A DNA stretch of 64,000 bases, taken from the NCBI GenBank assembly GCA_020137815.1, contig CM035354.1, positions 5,084,001-5,148,000 of the forward strand, in the 5' to 3' direction. Below the pieces are notes generated by a model, which saw nothing but the letters and a program-made list of their open reading frames with translations, was not told the DNA's origin and did not search any database. The DNA comes from Hormiphora californensis (lineage: Eukaryota > Animalia > Ctenophora). A program made the position numbers and the translations under genes. Shown here in pieces: positions 37,301 through 51,237 of this stretch (position 1 is its first letter; each line of letters starts with the position of its first letter).

Positions 37301-38358
37301 ATTCACTGTCAAATAGCGGATAACTAGCTATCGCGCAGTTAGGCTCCTCTGTACAATACAACCTGGAAATATAAATTGTTCAAACGGTCTCTAAAAAGCA
37401 GTTTGAATAGTAAATAACAAGGAATTTCAATAGTAATTCCAGAATCATTTTGTGACAAAGTATACCTCATAATGTTATCAGAAGTTAGAACTGCAATGTA
37501 GTTATCATCTGTAGAGCCAGGATGCCATTGGACGTCCACAGAGGACACCTTGGAGTGGGCCTCGTAAAACCGACACCCAACCTGGACACACCTGTTGATA
37601 GGGAAATACTGGGTCTCTGGAGAATAATGGGAAAGTAGAGAGCTGGACTCTGGACAGGTCTTCACTTCATCAGACTGATTCTGATCAGTTTTATTCAGAT
37701 TTGGAGCTGGGATAGCGCGAAAGGGCAATGCGCGCATGTTACTGCGCCAAGATATTGGTCCTTGTGTTGTAAGAAAGGAGCGGCGCGTGCCGTCAATCGA
37801 TAACACAAACAGCCTCTTCCCAAAATTGCAGCAGCCCCAGATCAGGAAATCAGGAAATCAGGAAATCTTGGACTGAGTTCCGATCATAGGAATTTTTTAG
37901 GAAATCATACCTGCACAAAGTAGGGCCCTTGGGTCGGCGTCGTTTTGGGACCTCTACAACAGCCACTCCCCGTTCCGACCAAAAAAGCAGTTTAGTACCA
38001 TTTGGTCCCATTGCAATGTGAGAGGGGGTGAAACCGGGTACTTGGGAGAGGACCAACTCCTGGGGGAAAACATGTTGTTTATATCAGCACAACTTACCCC
38101 ACCCCACAACACAGAATAAATAGCTCCCTCTATTAAATACAAATACATAGTACCCCTCTGTACCTGTATTACATATACACATACCTGTATAGAGGCTATC
38201 TTGCCTCCACTCAGATCCCTATAGTGGTAAGTGTAGATGTGACATGTATCAGGGTTACACACATAAACGTGACTATCATGTTGTGTAACCAGCTCACACC
38301 GGGTACTGCAGAATTCAACATCCTCCAGTTGAGAAAAGGGTACCGGCACTCGAGACAT
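31339..38358 (-). CDS. NUP88: Nucleoporin Nup88, multi-exon
   Basis: Propeller motifs LLFWSERGVAVVEVPKR, VQWHPGS..IAVLTSDNIMRLY, RGTPSSAASQQ/MLPPNNDCYELDFSSILVL..PPVLACASLSGTVHH and RYFVKTATGVYSVVLP. Then VEHLLCTQP, LLLKCTAVFREEYVGRQSKARTEI and a C-terminal coiled coil ending at TAA 31341-31339. Confidence 0.85.
31909..32599. mobile_element. MITE with 8-bp TSD and (TTGGTATACT)n subterminal repeats in a NUP88 intron
   Basis: TIRs GGGGGGGATCCCATGGTATACTTTGG...CCAAAGTATACCATGGGATCCCCCCC. TSD GATTTTAC at 31901-31908 and 32600-32607. Confidence 0.88.
34168..37116. mobile_element. ~2.95-kb fold-back DNA transposon (GG termini, 8-10-bp TSD; Merlin/MULE-like) in a NUP88 intron
   Basis: Arms of ~1.1 kb are inverted around ~35280. 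Subterminal palindromic CTATGGCTCATA repeats and (GTGACACGTGA)n. TSD CTGGAAGT at 34160-34167 and 37117-37124. Confidence 0.9.
35563..36355. mobile_element. Solo LTR (Gypsy-like) inserted in the right arm of the fold-back element
   Basis: TGTT...AACA termini with a 4-bp TSD TTCC (35559-35562, 36356-36359). The opposite arm shows the empty site. Confidence 0.82.
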
Positions 38359-38582
38359 TGCCTAATATTATAAGGTGTAGATTTGTTGTTATTGGGTAGA
38401 TATGGGCTACTTTTTATACGGTAAATATACACAAAAACGATTTTCTGTGGGCCATTTCGCTCTGTCTTTCATGTCGGTACCAGATATATAATTTAAAACA
38501 AGATAAAACATGTCTATATCAACAGTTTGTGTATTTGGAGCTTGTTCTTCCCTCTATTCCTCTCTCATCAGAAAGGCCATGA

Positions 38583-38975
38583 TCATGCTATATAACCCTT
38601 GAACTGAGTGAAACACTCCAAGATCTTTGGCTCGACCTCAGGGGTAAACAGGAGCGTCTGTAGTGTCACCATGTACCTATAGGGTATGGGGATTTGATAA
38701 ACAGAGGGGGTGTGACACAAACAGGGGGTTGGAGAAAAGGATGTGATACAAGAAGCTAGAGTTCTGGATAAGATTGAAAGAGTTATCACCGAGAAATGGG
38801 ACTTACCGTTTCACTTCCCGCCTATGTTTCACAAGGGTCTGTCTGAGTCTATCCCTGGTACACCTAAACCATAGAGTCTGGGTGTATCTTGATTCTTGTT
38901 CACTTCTCACTATATGGTCCGTTAGGATCATGATGAATCGCTGAGGGGGTAGTGTTAACAAGGGAGGGAAGAGAT

Positions 38976-39050
<75 letters not shown>

Positions 39051-42000
39051 GGAGAGAGAGAGAGAGAGACAGAGAGACAGAGATAGAGAGAGAGAGAGCA
39101 CCCTACTACCAGCACCTACCTGTACGACAATAAGGAAGACTTCTTTCTGGCTCAGTTCAGCATCCTCTAACAGTTTCACATAGTGACCCACCTCCTCCTC
39201 CGCAGCTTGGGTCAGAGCTTTCCTTTTCTCAGCGATATCTGGATCTGCAGCTACTGCCTCCTGGTCCTGAAGAGGGAGAATAACATGAGCAGTCAGTACT
39301 ACATGTACACATGTATACAATGAACATTGAAATTTGAACACTGTTGATATTCAAACTGTTGTTCTTCAGAGAGTCGCCGATTCCAGCTCCAAAATTCCAT
39401 ACCTTTTTCTCCTTCAACTTTGCTTTGCTCTTTTCCAGTTCAAGTTTTATCCTATCACACCTCTTGATGCAGTAGCAAATTGTGCTCTCCAGCATCTGCC
39501 ACAGATACAACCTATAGAGTAGGGGGGTTTAATGATTCGGCAGTTGTAATAAAAATACAAAATAATTTAGAATTGTGTCCATGTAAAAAACACTATTATC
39601 AAAAACGGATTAACTAACAACTAACACACTGTTACCTATTAAAATGAGGTAGCATATCAGGGCTGAATATCCAACTAACAATACAGCTGGGCTCTATCAA
39701 CTGGAAATTCAGATACTTTTCTATCATGATACACATTAGTTGGTGGTTGGTTTCGAAGAAGTTGAATGTCACCCGGAGACAACACACTTTGGCGTCCTGG
39801 TTGGGCATCACCTGGAGCAGCAGGTCTCGGAATCTGGATAATATAATGGGGTGTCATGATGTGTATCTCGGAACATGGATAGTAGGGTCAGGGAGTGGGT
39901 GTGGGGACGGTAAGGAAGTGGGAGGGATACGAGAGTGAGTAAGACAAGGGTAAATGACGTACCTATTCAATGCCACACTAAGATGGCTAATACTCTTGCA
40001 TCCCACTCTTAGAATGGTCTGTATCACAACCTCTAGCTTTGCTTCGGGAAACTGGGAATCCAAATCACGACCTAGGAGAGAGATCAAATATATCAGCACA
40101 TTTGCATTATGCATACAGCTCTGCAAATTAGGGCAGATATTTTTCGGAGAAATACAAGTTACATCTCCTAATAAGATGATATTTACCGTCGATTGAGCCA
40201 TCAGGTAGGGGCTCTAAACTAGCCATCATCATTTCAACGTCATCTTTGTTCTTGATACTCTCTATCAGAGCTTTCCCACATTTTGTCTGTAGATTCAACA
40301 AGCTATTCTCTGGAGCAGGTTCCGCGAATTTGTGGTTGAATCCCGGTTTACTGGGCAGCAGGGAGGAAAACTCATCCGGGATTACATCCGTTAACTTTTC
40401 ATAAAATGTCAACCTGAAAGTATTTTTTGTCATTGAACTATACAGGGCTCTTATCGTAAGCACTCACTAAGCTTAGTTTGTAGAAATTAGAAAATATATG
40501 GATCTACGATCGTCAGTTAGTTGTGAGATCACGATTTAATTAATTAATTAGCTACTTTTCCACTTCTTACCATAGCAGCTTTAGGAAGACCTCTTTGAGG
40601 AACTTTGGTTTGGGATGGTTGGGATCACTCTTGTTTAGTTTTATACACTCCTCCCACTCACTCCATGTCCAATGGTATCTGCAATAAAAATGTGGGGTAG
40701 ATTTAAATTGCATTCAACAGTAACTAAATAACAACTATTTGTTATATTGTATTTCCTACTTGAAGTTACTGAGGAAGTAGGCGAACCAAGATCCAAAGCG
40801 GTCCACTAGGACAGTGTTCATAGTGTCCAACCTCTCGTAAACATATGCCACTGCCTGGGCTAGCACCTGAATGGGAGGGGCGGAGATTAGAGTTGGCTGA
40901 GAGCACGTTTGAGTAAAGCTGTTAGTGAGAAGGATGGTTAAACAGTCAATACTGGTTGTTTTTTTACAGGAAGGCTAAACAATTGAGAGCACTCTGAACG
41001 TGTCATTTGATAGAAAACGAGTTTATTATACGAACCTGGGGGAGATGGTCTGCCATTAGTTGACACAGCTGAATCAGTATACTCCCGTAGAAGAGTTCTG
41101 GGTACCGGGGCATGGGGAGTTCCAACAGGCCTCCAAACAACACCTGATTAGAAGGAGTTAAATATGGCCAGAAACACAAAGGACACCATGTCAGCAAGTT
41201 CTTCAGAATTCATGCTTCTTTTTAGAAATCTTTGGGACGATTGGTGAACCCATGATAGACCGCGAAAAAAGACCTCTACAAATAGAGAGAAATAAGATGA
41301 AACAAACCTCGACCAGCATGTAATTGAGAGGCATGGAACTGCGACCCATAATCCGCAGTAAAGCCTCAGCACATTCCTTCTTAGTGAGGTTCCTACTGTC
41401 AATCACATTGATAATGGCATCCTCTACCAGGTACCTGTCAATACTGTTGAACCTCGGCAACTTGGGCACCTCAGGGCGGTTCGGTACATCCTGGGAGCGG
41501 GGCGGTGGGGGTTAGGGGAGGTACATCTTAAGGGGGGGGGGGGGTTAGGAGAGCGAATGGTAACTGTTGGATCTATTGAACGATAATTTGGCCGAGACAA
41601 AAATAATATTGATCACTTGTTAAAAGGTATCAATCCCAGCTAGTACTGACCTGAGTGTCGAATATTCTGAAGACAACATATGGAAGGGGGAACTGTGTAT
41701 GCTCAAGATCAGGGGGTAGTTCAAATTGTGGCAGGGGATGTTGGAGAGAACTCTCCAGCTTACTCTCAAAAGCAAGATAAGGTCGAACAATCCAGTTATC
41801 CTGAAATAATTAGTGTTGTTAGATTCAGGTGTTAACATGGTAACAGCGTAGTGTTGTTAAATTCAGGTGTTACCATGGCAACAACGTAGTGTTGTTAGAT
41901 TCAGGTGTTACCATGGTAACAGCGTAGTGTTGTTAGATTCAGGTGTTACCATGGTAACAGCGTAGTGTTGTTAGATTCAGGTGTTACCATGGTAACAACG

Positions 42001-44843
42001 CCCCCTGGCAACAGAGATACTAACCGTCCAGTTATTGTTGCGCATGTTTTTTATTTGCAGCCAAAGTGAGTCCATGTACTCAATTTGAGGCAGTGGATTA
42101 TCACTTGACCACACCCGGATAGATGCCATGTAATCCTTTTCTCTCTGCTCGATCTTCCTGAAGGTAATAAATCAAGTCAAATCCTAGCTAGAATATTAAA
42201 TTAAATAGACTCATGGTTGACTAAAGTAGTAAGAACCTAAAGTGTTATTCCTTACATTTCGAGCATGTCCAGAAGTCTATCGAACTCTGGATCGTCTTTA
42301 CTGTCATGGAAATGAAGGCCAATCCAGGGGAGGCATTGGAGCACAGAGTACAGTAGGAAATCTCTCATACTCTGGAGTAGGACGTTAATTTATCATTATT
42401 AGTTTCATTTCCAGTTTCCAATATCGAATTGATCGCTTACTATCCCTAATCCCTGTCCTTACATGGCAATTGAAGGAGTCACTTTTTTAAGGAGCACTAT
42501 TTACCGGTTTGACGCCAGGCACGGAGGCAGTGCTGATGAATGTAGTAAAGAGGGTGAGTAGGGAGGAGCCCATCACAACGTTACAGTTCACCATATCAGA
42601 CAGGAATCTGAGAAGTAGCTGCACATTCCTCCATTCTGCATCATCAATTAGAGAGCTCAACTTCTCCAGGACCAACATGAGGAACTGGGGGGGGGGGGGT
42701 ATTGCAGTACACGGGGTTATGGAAGTGGGGGTAGTAACTACGGAGTAAGGATGTCGGCTAATCCATCATCGACTAAATTCAAGGGAATAATATCAACACA
42801 TTTTAGAAACCAAATTGATTCATATCAATGGAGTACAATCAATGTACATCTGCATTGCATCTTTAGTTGGCCGTGTGACCAAAGTCACTATCATTACGGA
42901 GCAGTGAGCGTTTGCTTACCTCTCCGCCAGTGGAAAACATCTTCACATTGAGGAGTCCGACTAGAGTTGAGTATATTGTGATCTTATCTGGCTGTTCAAT
43001 AGCACTGAAACATAATGTGAATTGATGTCAGATCACATATATTTGTTATGATCTAATCCTCCTTTACACGGGCGGAGCACACGGAAAGAGGGTCGAGCAA
43101 GGCAAACATTGATTGCAAAACGGGAGGTACATACTTACTTTGAAATGAGAGAGTTTAGAATGAAGTCTTTCTTAGTCGCTATCTCCTGATCCAAAATGTC
43201 CACCAAACGCTCAATGTTGGTCTCCAGTGATTCCTGGCTCTTCTCTCCGATTCTCTTGATGAGCTCCTCAAGCCTTGTGTTGAGATCTGTAGAGAGAAAC
43301 TGAAGTTATTACGGTAGCGGTACCTTCTTTTTCGTACTTTTTAATGTATCAAATTAGTATAGAGATTACCAAAAGTGAAGGAGCTGAACCACCGGAGTAA
43401 CTGGCTCTCTAAAACGTTTCGCGCCCTACATACATGAAAGTTCAGTACCTAGCAGCTCAGCATTGTCACGTGATTAATACTAGCCCTAATCATTGGCTGA
43501 GCGATGATTGTGCGCCCCTCTTGATTGGGTGTTGTATTACCACGTGTACATCCCCGTGATCTGTTTTTAACCAATAACTGACCTTCCACATTCGCACCTA
43601 CACCCATCGTTCAGGCCCGCTAGCCGGTCTGATTCTAGAGAAGTAACAGAGAAAATTTAAAATGTATAGATCAAGAATAATAAGGAATGTTATTGAAATA
43701 AATTTAAAAATAATTATGCCTAAAACTAACAGAAATTAGTTGGCTGGAAAGGTGACCACTTTTTTTTGTACAACTGACACCTTTGCACCCTCCGGTTTTT
43801 TCATCATTATCTTTCCCTCTCTGATCCGGCTGTAGTTTTTGAGATAGAAATAGATGGAGTGAGATGCAGACAAAGTGAGTTGGAGACAGAGTGAGATGAA
43901 GACAGTGAGATGGAGACATAGTGAGATGGAGACAGAGTGAGATGGAGACATAGTGAGTTGGAGACAGAGTGAAATGAAGACAGAAAAAGAGATGGAGACA
44001 GAGTGAGTTGGATACAGAGTGAGATGAAGACAGAGTGAGATGGAGACAGAGTGAGTTGGAGACAGAGTGAGATGGAGACAGAAAATGAGATGGAGAAAGA
44101 GTGAGTTGGATACAGAGTGAGATGAAGACAGAGAATGAGATGGAGGCAAAGTGAGATGAAGACAGAGTGAGATGGAGACAGAGTGAGATGAAGATAGAAA
44201 ATAAGATGGAGACAGGGTGAAATTGAGACAGAGTGAGATGGAGACAGAATGAGATGGAGAGAGAGTGAGATGAAGACAGAGTGAGTTGGAGACAGAGTGA
44301 AATAGAGACAGAGTGACATAGATACAGAATGGGATTGAAACAGAGAGAGATGAGAAAAAGATAGACAGATTCCTTGATTTGAGATCAGTACGATCGCCCC
44401 AGTTCTACTAGTTTATTTAAATAATTTTCCTTATTATTCCTGAAATTTTAAAATTGAAATATTTTGAATCGTCTCTGTAGCTTTTTCTTTAGAATCAGTC
44501 CGGCTAGAGGGCCAGAACGTGTGTAAGAAGTGTAAGTGTGTAGGTCCCCCTATTGGTTAAAAACAGATCACGGGGATGTACACGTGGTAATACAACACCC
44601 AATCAAGAGGGGTGTACGGTCACCGGTCAACCAATGATTAGGGCTAGTTTTGGTCACGTGACAATGCTGAGCTGCTAGTTGTGAACTTTCATGTATGTAG
44701 GGCGCGAAAAAGTGTCTTGCTAGTTGTCACGGTGGTTCAGCTCCTCCGTTTTTGGTAATCTCTATAATAAATATTGATTTTCACTCACCATCATCCTCTT
44801 CAAATTTTCGTTTCCGATTGATCCTAACTTGTTCAACTTCCAT
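38583..44843 (-). CDS. NCBP1: Nuclear cap-binding protein subunit 1 (CBP80), multi-exon
   Basis: N-terminal NRKRKFEEDD, LIKRIGEKSQESLETNIERL, PDKITIYSTLVGLLN, LLLRFLSDMVNC, DRYLVED, PLNYMLVEVLFGGLLELP..ELFYGSILIQLC, DRFGSWFAYFLSNFKY.WTW, PKPKFLKEV, GCKSISH and WLRNQP. Ends PKILECFTQFKGYIA*. Confidence 0.95.
38977..39097. repeat. (GA)n microsatellite
   Basis: Directly visible. Confidence 0.9.
41811..42000. repeat. 38-bp minisatellite x5 in an NCBP1 intron
   Basis: Unit GTGTTGTTAGATTCAGGTGTTACCATGGTAACAGCGTA, containing the palindrome GTTACCATGGTAAC. Confidence 0.92.
43358..44766. mobile_element. Fold-back element with ~350-bp diverged TIRs and a central 16-bp degenerate tandem array, filling NCBP1 intron 1
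   Basis: TATAGAGATTACCAAAA...TTTTGGTAATCTCTATA; inverted blocks 43358-43700 and 44420-44766; (GAGACAGAGTGAGATG)n at ~43855-44350. Confidence 0.85.
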
Positions 44844-44953
44844 CCTGGTTAAAGTTATATTTAGTTAACTTTATGAACTGATTGGGTAGAATTATAGACT
44901 CAGAGTTTCAAGTTGAAATTGGAAATAACGTATTAGATTGTATGTAGTCGCAT

Positions 44954-44957
<4 letters not shown>

Positions 44958-44987
<30 letters not shown>

Positions 44988-45810
44988 TAAGTTTTTGTAT
45001 ACCGCCCAGGCAAAACAGGGCCAGCAAACTGAATTTTGACTGACACTGCTCAGCGTCAGAGCGGTATACCTAAATTATAACACCTTCCTTACTTATGACA
45101 CACACTATTAAAATCTGGATTTAAACACACCATAGATAGACTTTTATTGATGAAAATACGGGCCTCATAAAATACGAACCAACTTAGATAGGCATAAAAA
45201 TGCTCTCACACTGAATAAGCTAAATTACAAAGTCAGCAGCTCTCATGCTACTCAAAGACAGCAGCTCTCAAAGCTATTAAAAAGTCAGCAGCTATTACTG
45301 CAAGCCCGGTAAATGTAATGAGGAATAACACTGTCTAAATAAACGTCTGCCTAAGGGGAACACTAAACCCAGACCAGAACAGAACCAGTGACCCAAAGAC
45401 GAGATGACTCAGGTGCTACTGCTCTCTGGATCAACGAAAGCTTCCTTAAATAGCCGGGTCTTAAGCCTTGTCTTGAAGAGTTCAACAGGGTGAACAGACC
45501 TTAACTCCAATGGCAGGGAGTTCCACACTTCCGGCAGGAATACAGAGATCCTCCTCCTTCTTAACTTAGAATTCGCATTTACACTTGAGAGCTTTGGATA
45601 TTTCAACCTGAAGAAATCTGGAACTGAGGTAGATCGGGTAGGTTTTACAGGTTCAGGATTGTCATCACGAGGGACCAGGTCCATCAGATACTTGGGTGCA
45701 GTGCCTCGTACAATCTTGTACGCCAAAAGACATGCCTTGAAAGTCAGCCTCTGCTCAATAGGTAGAATGTGTGCCTCCTTGTAGTATTCTGTGTAGTCAT
45801 CCTGATGTCC
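44958..45810 (-). mobile_element. 5'-truncated LINE (CR1/L2 group): ORF2 C-terminus, 3' UTR and (TTA)n tail
   Basis: HILPIEQRLTFKACLLAYKIVRGTAPKYL...PEVWNSLPLELR...FKTRLKT is a typical CR1/L2 ORF2 end. The TAA repeat tail is at ~44958-44985. Candidate TSD CATATTA at 44951-44957 and 45811-45817. Confidence 0.88.
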
Positions 45811-45877
45811 CATATTACAAAACTTAATAATATCAATAAAAAACAGTCCATGCTAGTTGATATTTATAGCTCCAGTA

Positions 45878-48205
45878 CTACCACACCCTCAGTGTGTTCT
45901 CAGAAACATCAGAGATAACCTCACCCCACACTTCAAACAAGATTCCGTAGGTGTGGGATAACTTTGCTTTCTTTAATCGCATCTCCCTCCCTCTGTCGCG
46001 TCCTTCAAATATCGCCTTTTCTTTCTCCAACTCTTTTATCTTAGCTTGTTCCTGGGAATGGAATTCAGTTAACAACGATAACAACAAGATTGTTGTAATT
46101 AGCTAATAGACCGGTGATTTATCAGTCTAATAGCAGAGTGGTGAACCTACCAGTTCGATTTTCGTTTCAATCACTTCAGGTTTCTCTCCTTCTCGAAGTT
46201 GTTTTGTCAGATCTTCAATTGTTTTATCGATATTCTCGATATCACAGCTCATTTTATCAGAATGAGCGATCAACTCTTGTTTTTTGTACTGCCAAGCCGA
46301 CTCTCTGCGGAAAACAACAGTTTTCACTTTTTAGTGTGGATATTGTGATATATGTTGTTGTGTTCTAACACTCCTTTACATATTATGTAAGACATTTGTG
46401 AGTCAGAGCCGAACAAGGCAAGTGATATATCATTATGTACAATAGAATGAGAAATGATCCTGTTAATTTTGTCTGACCTTTTCTTTGATTCTTTCTCTGC
46501 CAACATCAAAGATTCCGTAGCAAACTTTTTATCGTCTTCAAGCTGTTCAGTCGAGTTCTTCAGAGCAAACAACTCCTTATCAATCTCAGCAAGTTCCTAA
46601 AAATGGGGTCATCAGATACCAAACCAAAGTAACAAAACAAGAAATGGACACATCATGATCTGCTCAGAACTCACCATATTGCTGTCTTGAAGAAAGTCTG
46701 ATATTCGGGAAAGAAGTGCATTTGCCTGGAGGATATTCTTGTTGGTTATCTGGTTATCAATGTCATACTTGGTGTCAGGGAATAATCGCTGTGCCTGGGT
46801 CAAGATCTGCCTTCCTCGACTCTGAAAAGGATGGAAGTTAGCGTTGAAGTAGGAACACGCCTCATAACGCGACGATACCCTTTCCCTTGGTCACTATTGT
46901 ATAACTAACGATATTATCAGTGGTAAGTTACTTGGTAAGTTACTACAGTGCACATTTATTTTTCGAAGGTTTCACTATACCTTGAGTTGTGCTTGTTTTC
47001 GTGTAAGTAAAATCTCCAATTCACCATCCTCCTTCTGTAGCTCTATCAACTCTTCCTCTATGACTGATTTCTACAGAATAATATTTAGATTTAGCTTCAT
47101 AACACCCCACGGACTAGAACAACAAAACAAGTAATTTAGTAGCATGTACCTTATCAGTTAGTGATTTGTAGAGTTGTTTAACCTTCTGAACTTCAGTCTG
47201 GGGTGGCTGTGCCATTATCACTTTCTCTAAAGACGCTATCTCCGACTCCTGGCGACGAGCTTCTGTTTCCAAGGTTACCTTCTCTTCCTCCTTGGTCGCT
47301 AGAAACTCTCTCAAAGATGCCACTTTCTCCTGTTGTGCTGTCAACATCTTCCCAGTGACATCTTTGTCTTCTTTGTGCTGTGCGATTTGGGCAGTTGTTT
47401 CCTCAATTTGACTGCTTATCGCGGCCTCTGTTTCCGGGAACTTGGCATTTTCCTCTCGTTTCACTACTAACTTGTTTTCCAATCTGTTCACTTCCGATTT
47501 CAGACTAGCAATGACCTTATCTGTGTTCATTTCCCGCAGGTACTTTTGTTTCAACTCCTCGAAATCTACATCTCCACCCATCTCCTGAGATTCCTTGTAA
47601 TACTTGGCCACCACTGCCCGGTGTTTCAATTCCTGGTCCGCTTGTTCCTCCGTCATGGTTAGTGTCCACATTTGGCTCATGTGTGAATACTCGTACTTGA
47701 TGTTACTGATAAACCCACACAACCAGGCCAACATCTCAAGGAGGTGTGGCCAACTGTGGGGACTACCGACTGGTTTGAAGTGGGTTGCTTTTAACACATA
47801 AGGGTAACCTAGATCAGTTACAAAATCAATGATATCCTTTTGAATGTTCAGGCAGTCCAGATTTGGCTCCACCTCTTGCATGATAAATCGGTAGATTGCT
47901 TTGAAAGTTGCCTCCGTTGGACTCAGAATATTCTTCTTCGTTATCACGGTAGGGTAGTCATTAGTGAGAAGAAAATCAAGGACGATTTTCACGTTTTTGT
48001 TCTGGTTTAACTTCACGTCAACTTTGGCGGCACCAGGAGCAATAGAGGGTCGTGAAAATCCGACGCTTGATTGGCGTGAAACTGAGGGACGGGAAGTCGA
48101 TGGTCGAGCCATTGATTGGCGAGATGTTGAAGGTCGTGCCATGGATTGTCTGCTGGTCGGAAGAACAGACTTCCTCGAGACACTCGGCCTCGGTAACTTA
48201 CTCAT
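45878..48205 (-). CDS. NDC80: Kinetochore protein NDC80/HEC1. Exons ~48205-47149, 47071-46982, 46822-46674, 46596-46478, 46305-46150, 46051-45878
   Basis: Basic Ser/Arg N-tail with RQS/RPS repeats; CH domain ILSPTEATFKAIYRFI..LGYPY..KPVGSPHSWPHLLEMLAWL; long coiled coil. Confidence 0.92.
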
Positions 48206-48522
48206 CCTAAATTCTAAAACTCGGGAAACTAGGTCAGTGGACAGTTAGCTCTTTGGTATAGGATACAGGCCCCTATACAAGCCACAAAGAACGTAGCATA
48301 AAGTATGCGGGGACTGACCTTGGCCTATGCTACAGGCCCTTAAAGAAGCCGTGGAAAACGCGCACACTTGGGGTCTGCAGCGCATGCCAAGGACTGACCA
48401 AGTGCTAGGAGCAGGCAGTCTACTGCAGTCCCTTTCAAATTAAGGAAAACGAGTTGTCTGTATACAAACTGTGTCAGTGCGGGATATAAACTGTCATTTT
48501 TATTATTATTATTATTATAAAA

Positions 48523-50156
48523 CTAGAGTACCCGTTTGCTGGGAACCCGTGACCTGGTAAATGGTAATTTATCCTCATATAACCGGTGACATTTGTGTTT
48601 GATTTTTAAAAGATAATTTGTTTGTTCCTTAGAGCAATGAGTCTCATAGTAGGAGCGGTTAGATCAGCACGTGCAGAAAGTCGCGCGACGCGCGCCACCC
48701 TAATCTCAGGTTACTCTCACGGCTTCATTTCGCATCCAATCCAAAAGTGACCTTCATAAAACCTGCAGTAGATCTCCTCAAGGAGAAGCGAAAACTTGAG
48801 GGACATTTCTTGATTGGATGCGACCTCGAGGAGCTATGACAATGCGCAAAAAGGGGTGGCACGCGACTTTAACCACGTGGTGATCTAACCGCTCCTACAC
48901 ATAGGGATCCCTAAAAAAGTTCAGTATTTACACAGAGTTTACACAGTCTTTACACAGTCATTACACCCAGAGGGGCGCCGTTACGATCTGGGTGTTTGGA
49001 GGCCTGTTTACAGGTGCGCGCTGCCAAAAAAGTTGATTCACTAAAATGGCTCTAACCGCCAAACCGTTTTGGCTGATTCAAAGTTTATCTGGTAGGGAAT
49101 GTCAAGGCCTAACACCAACCCAAACCCCAACCCTAACCCTACTTTAGCCCTAACCCTAAAAAACCGTTTGTCAGCACTCCCAAAACACCCAGATTTTAAC
49201 GCTGGCCCACCCAGAGCGGCGCGTGCTGCGTTTTGCGGCTTTTTCTAAGAAAATATTGGATTGTGTGCTGCACAATTGAGTAAATTGAGCGCTGCGGCGA
49301 AAAAAGTTTCCGAAAACGCTGCAAATCTAGTGCGAAAGACGCAGTCTTTACACCCAGAGCGGCGCGGGCGCTCTGGGTGTAACGACTGTGTAAAGACTGT
49401 GTAAACTCTGTGTAAATACTGAACTTTTTTAGGGATCCCTATTGGGTTTTTGAATAAACGGCCATTACAATTTTGGCGAGGCGGGTAAATCATTTACTGT
49501 AATGCGCGAATTTTCCCAAAAAAGCGCTGCTTTTTTACGCCGCGCGCGGAACCTAAAATTACGCGCGCAGTGTAAAATTTTAAAATTCATTGAAAATTTC
49601 CTCGCGTTTTATGTCGCCAAAAAAAGTCGACGAAAAATTCCAAATTCGTGAATTATAAGAACTCCGGTCAGTTCTCATCTTGCCAATCCGTTTTCCGGGA
49701 ACCCCTGGCCAAAGGACATTAAAATTCACATACCGACCAAGTTTCATATCGATTGGATAAGATTTTGGGTGGCTACGGTGAAAAATATCGTATTTTTGGC
49801 ATTTTTAACTTTCCCGACGCGATTTACGACCCTTAAACATTGAGTTACGGGAAATCGCTATCAAGTAAAATGAAGTTCAAACGATTCTCTTTCCCCACTA
49901 TTGCGTTAGTTTTTTGATTTAGAGCCGTTTTCAGGGTCTTAGAAGCGTTTGAAAAATGTAAGTCTTTTTGTCGCAATGACGTCACCCCGTGACGTCACTG
50001 CTGTAAAGATCGGATCAAAAATCTGAGCCCGTACTTACATCCGCCTTGGTCCAAGGTACCAGTGTACAAATTTTCAGGGGTCTAGCTCAAAAACTGTGGG
50101 AGGAGTTTGAAAAACCAATTAACGGACAGACTGACTAACATTATGGAATTTATTAT
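48523..50156 (-). mobile_element. Non-autonomous Helitron, copy 2 (carries a nested MITE)
   Basis: 3' end CTAG at 48523-48526 (plus strand ACTAGAGTACCCG); body homologous to 9598-10632. Confidence 0.8.
48903..49440. mobile_element. MITE with AT TSD (ISL2EU/PHIS-like) nested in Helitron copy 2
   Basis: TIRs AGGGATCCCTAAAAAAGTTCAGTATTTACACAGAG. The empty site CACATTGGG in copy 1 shows AT duplication. Internal CCCTAA-like repeats at ~49120-49160. Confidence 0.85.
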
Positions 50157-50157
50157 A

Positions 50158-51237
50158 CTAGAGTACCCGTTTGCTGGGAACCCGTGACCTGGTAAATGGT
50201 AATTTATCCTCATATAACCGATGACATTTGTGTTTGATTTTTAAAAGATAATTTGTTTGTTCCTTAGAGCAATGAGTCTCATAGTAGGAGCGGTCGCGCG
50301 CCACCCTAATCTCAGGTTACTCTCACGGCTTCATTTCGCATCCAATCCAAACTTCATCAAACCTGTAGATCTCCTCAAGGAGAAGCGAAAACTTGAGGGA
50401 CATTTCTTGATTGGATGCGACCTCGAGGAGCTATGACAATGCGCAAAAAGGGGTGGCACGCGACTTTAACCACGTGGTGATCTAACCGCTCCTACTATAT
50501 CATACACCTTGGGTTTTTGAAAAAACGGCCATTACAATTTTGGCGAGGCGGGTAAATCATTTACTGTAACGCGCGAATTTTCCCAAAAAAGCGCTGCTTT
50601 TTTACGCCGCGCGCGGAACCTAGAATTACGCGCGCAGTGTAAAATTTTAAAATTCATTGAAAATTTCCTCGCGTTTTATGTCGCCAAAAAAAGTCGACGA
50701 AAAATTCCAAATTCGTGAATTTAGAATTGTAAGAACTCCGGTCAGTTCTCATCTTGCCAATCCGTTTTCCGGGAACCCCTGGCCAAAGGACATTAAAGTT
50801 CATATAACGACCAAGTTTCATATCGATTGAATAAGATTTTGGGTGGCTACGGTGAAAAATATCGTATTTTTGGCATTTTTAACTTTCCCGACGCGATTTA
50901 CGACCCTTAAACATTGAGTTACGGGAAATCGCTATGACGTAAAATGAAGTTCAAACGATTCTCTTTCCCCACTATTGCGTTAGTTTTTTGATTTAGAGCC
51001 GTTTTCAGGGTCTTAGAAGCGTTTGAAAAATGTAAGTCTTTTTGTCGCAATGACGTCACCCCGTGACGTCACTGTTGTAAAGATCGGATCAAAAATCTGA
51101 GCCCGTACTTACACCCGCCTTGGTCCAAAGTACCAGTGTACAAATTTTCAGGGGTCTAGCTCAAAAACTGTAGGAGGAGTAGGGAGAAAACAATTATCGG
51201 ACTAACATTTTGGAAATTATTATATGGATGGATGGAT
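50158..51237 (-). mobile_element. Non-autonomous Helitron, copy 3, head-to-tail with copy 2
   Basis: Junction TTTATTATA|CTAGAGTACCCG at ~50157. The 5' end reads A|TCCATCCATCCATATAATAATTTCC on the minus strand. Confidence 0.82.

Noticed and set aside
45409-45813. Host gene between NDC80 and NCBP1
   Set aside because: It is the C-terminus of a LINE ORF2 with a tail and candidate TSD.
46127-46572. Frameshift in NDC80 between adjacent ORFs
   Set aside because: Explained by a normal GT-AG intron (~46477-46306).
49120-49160. Interstitial telomere
   Set aside because: Only a few degenerate CCCTAA units, inside a MITE.
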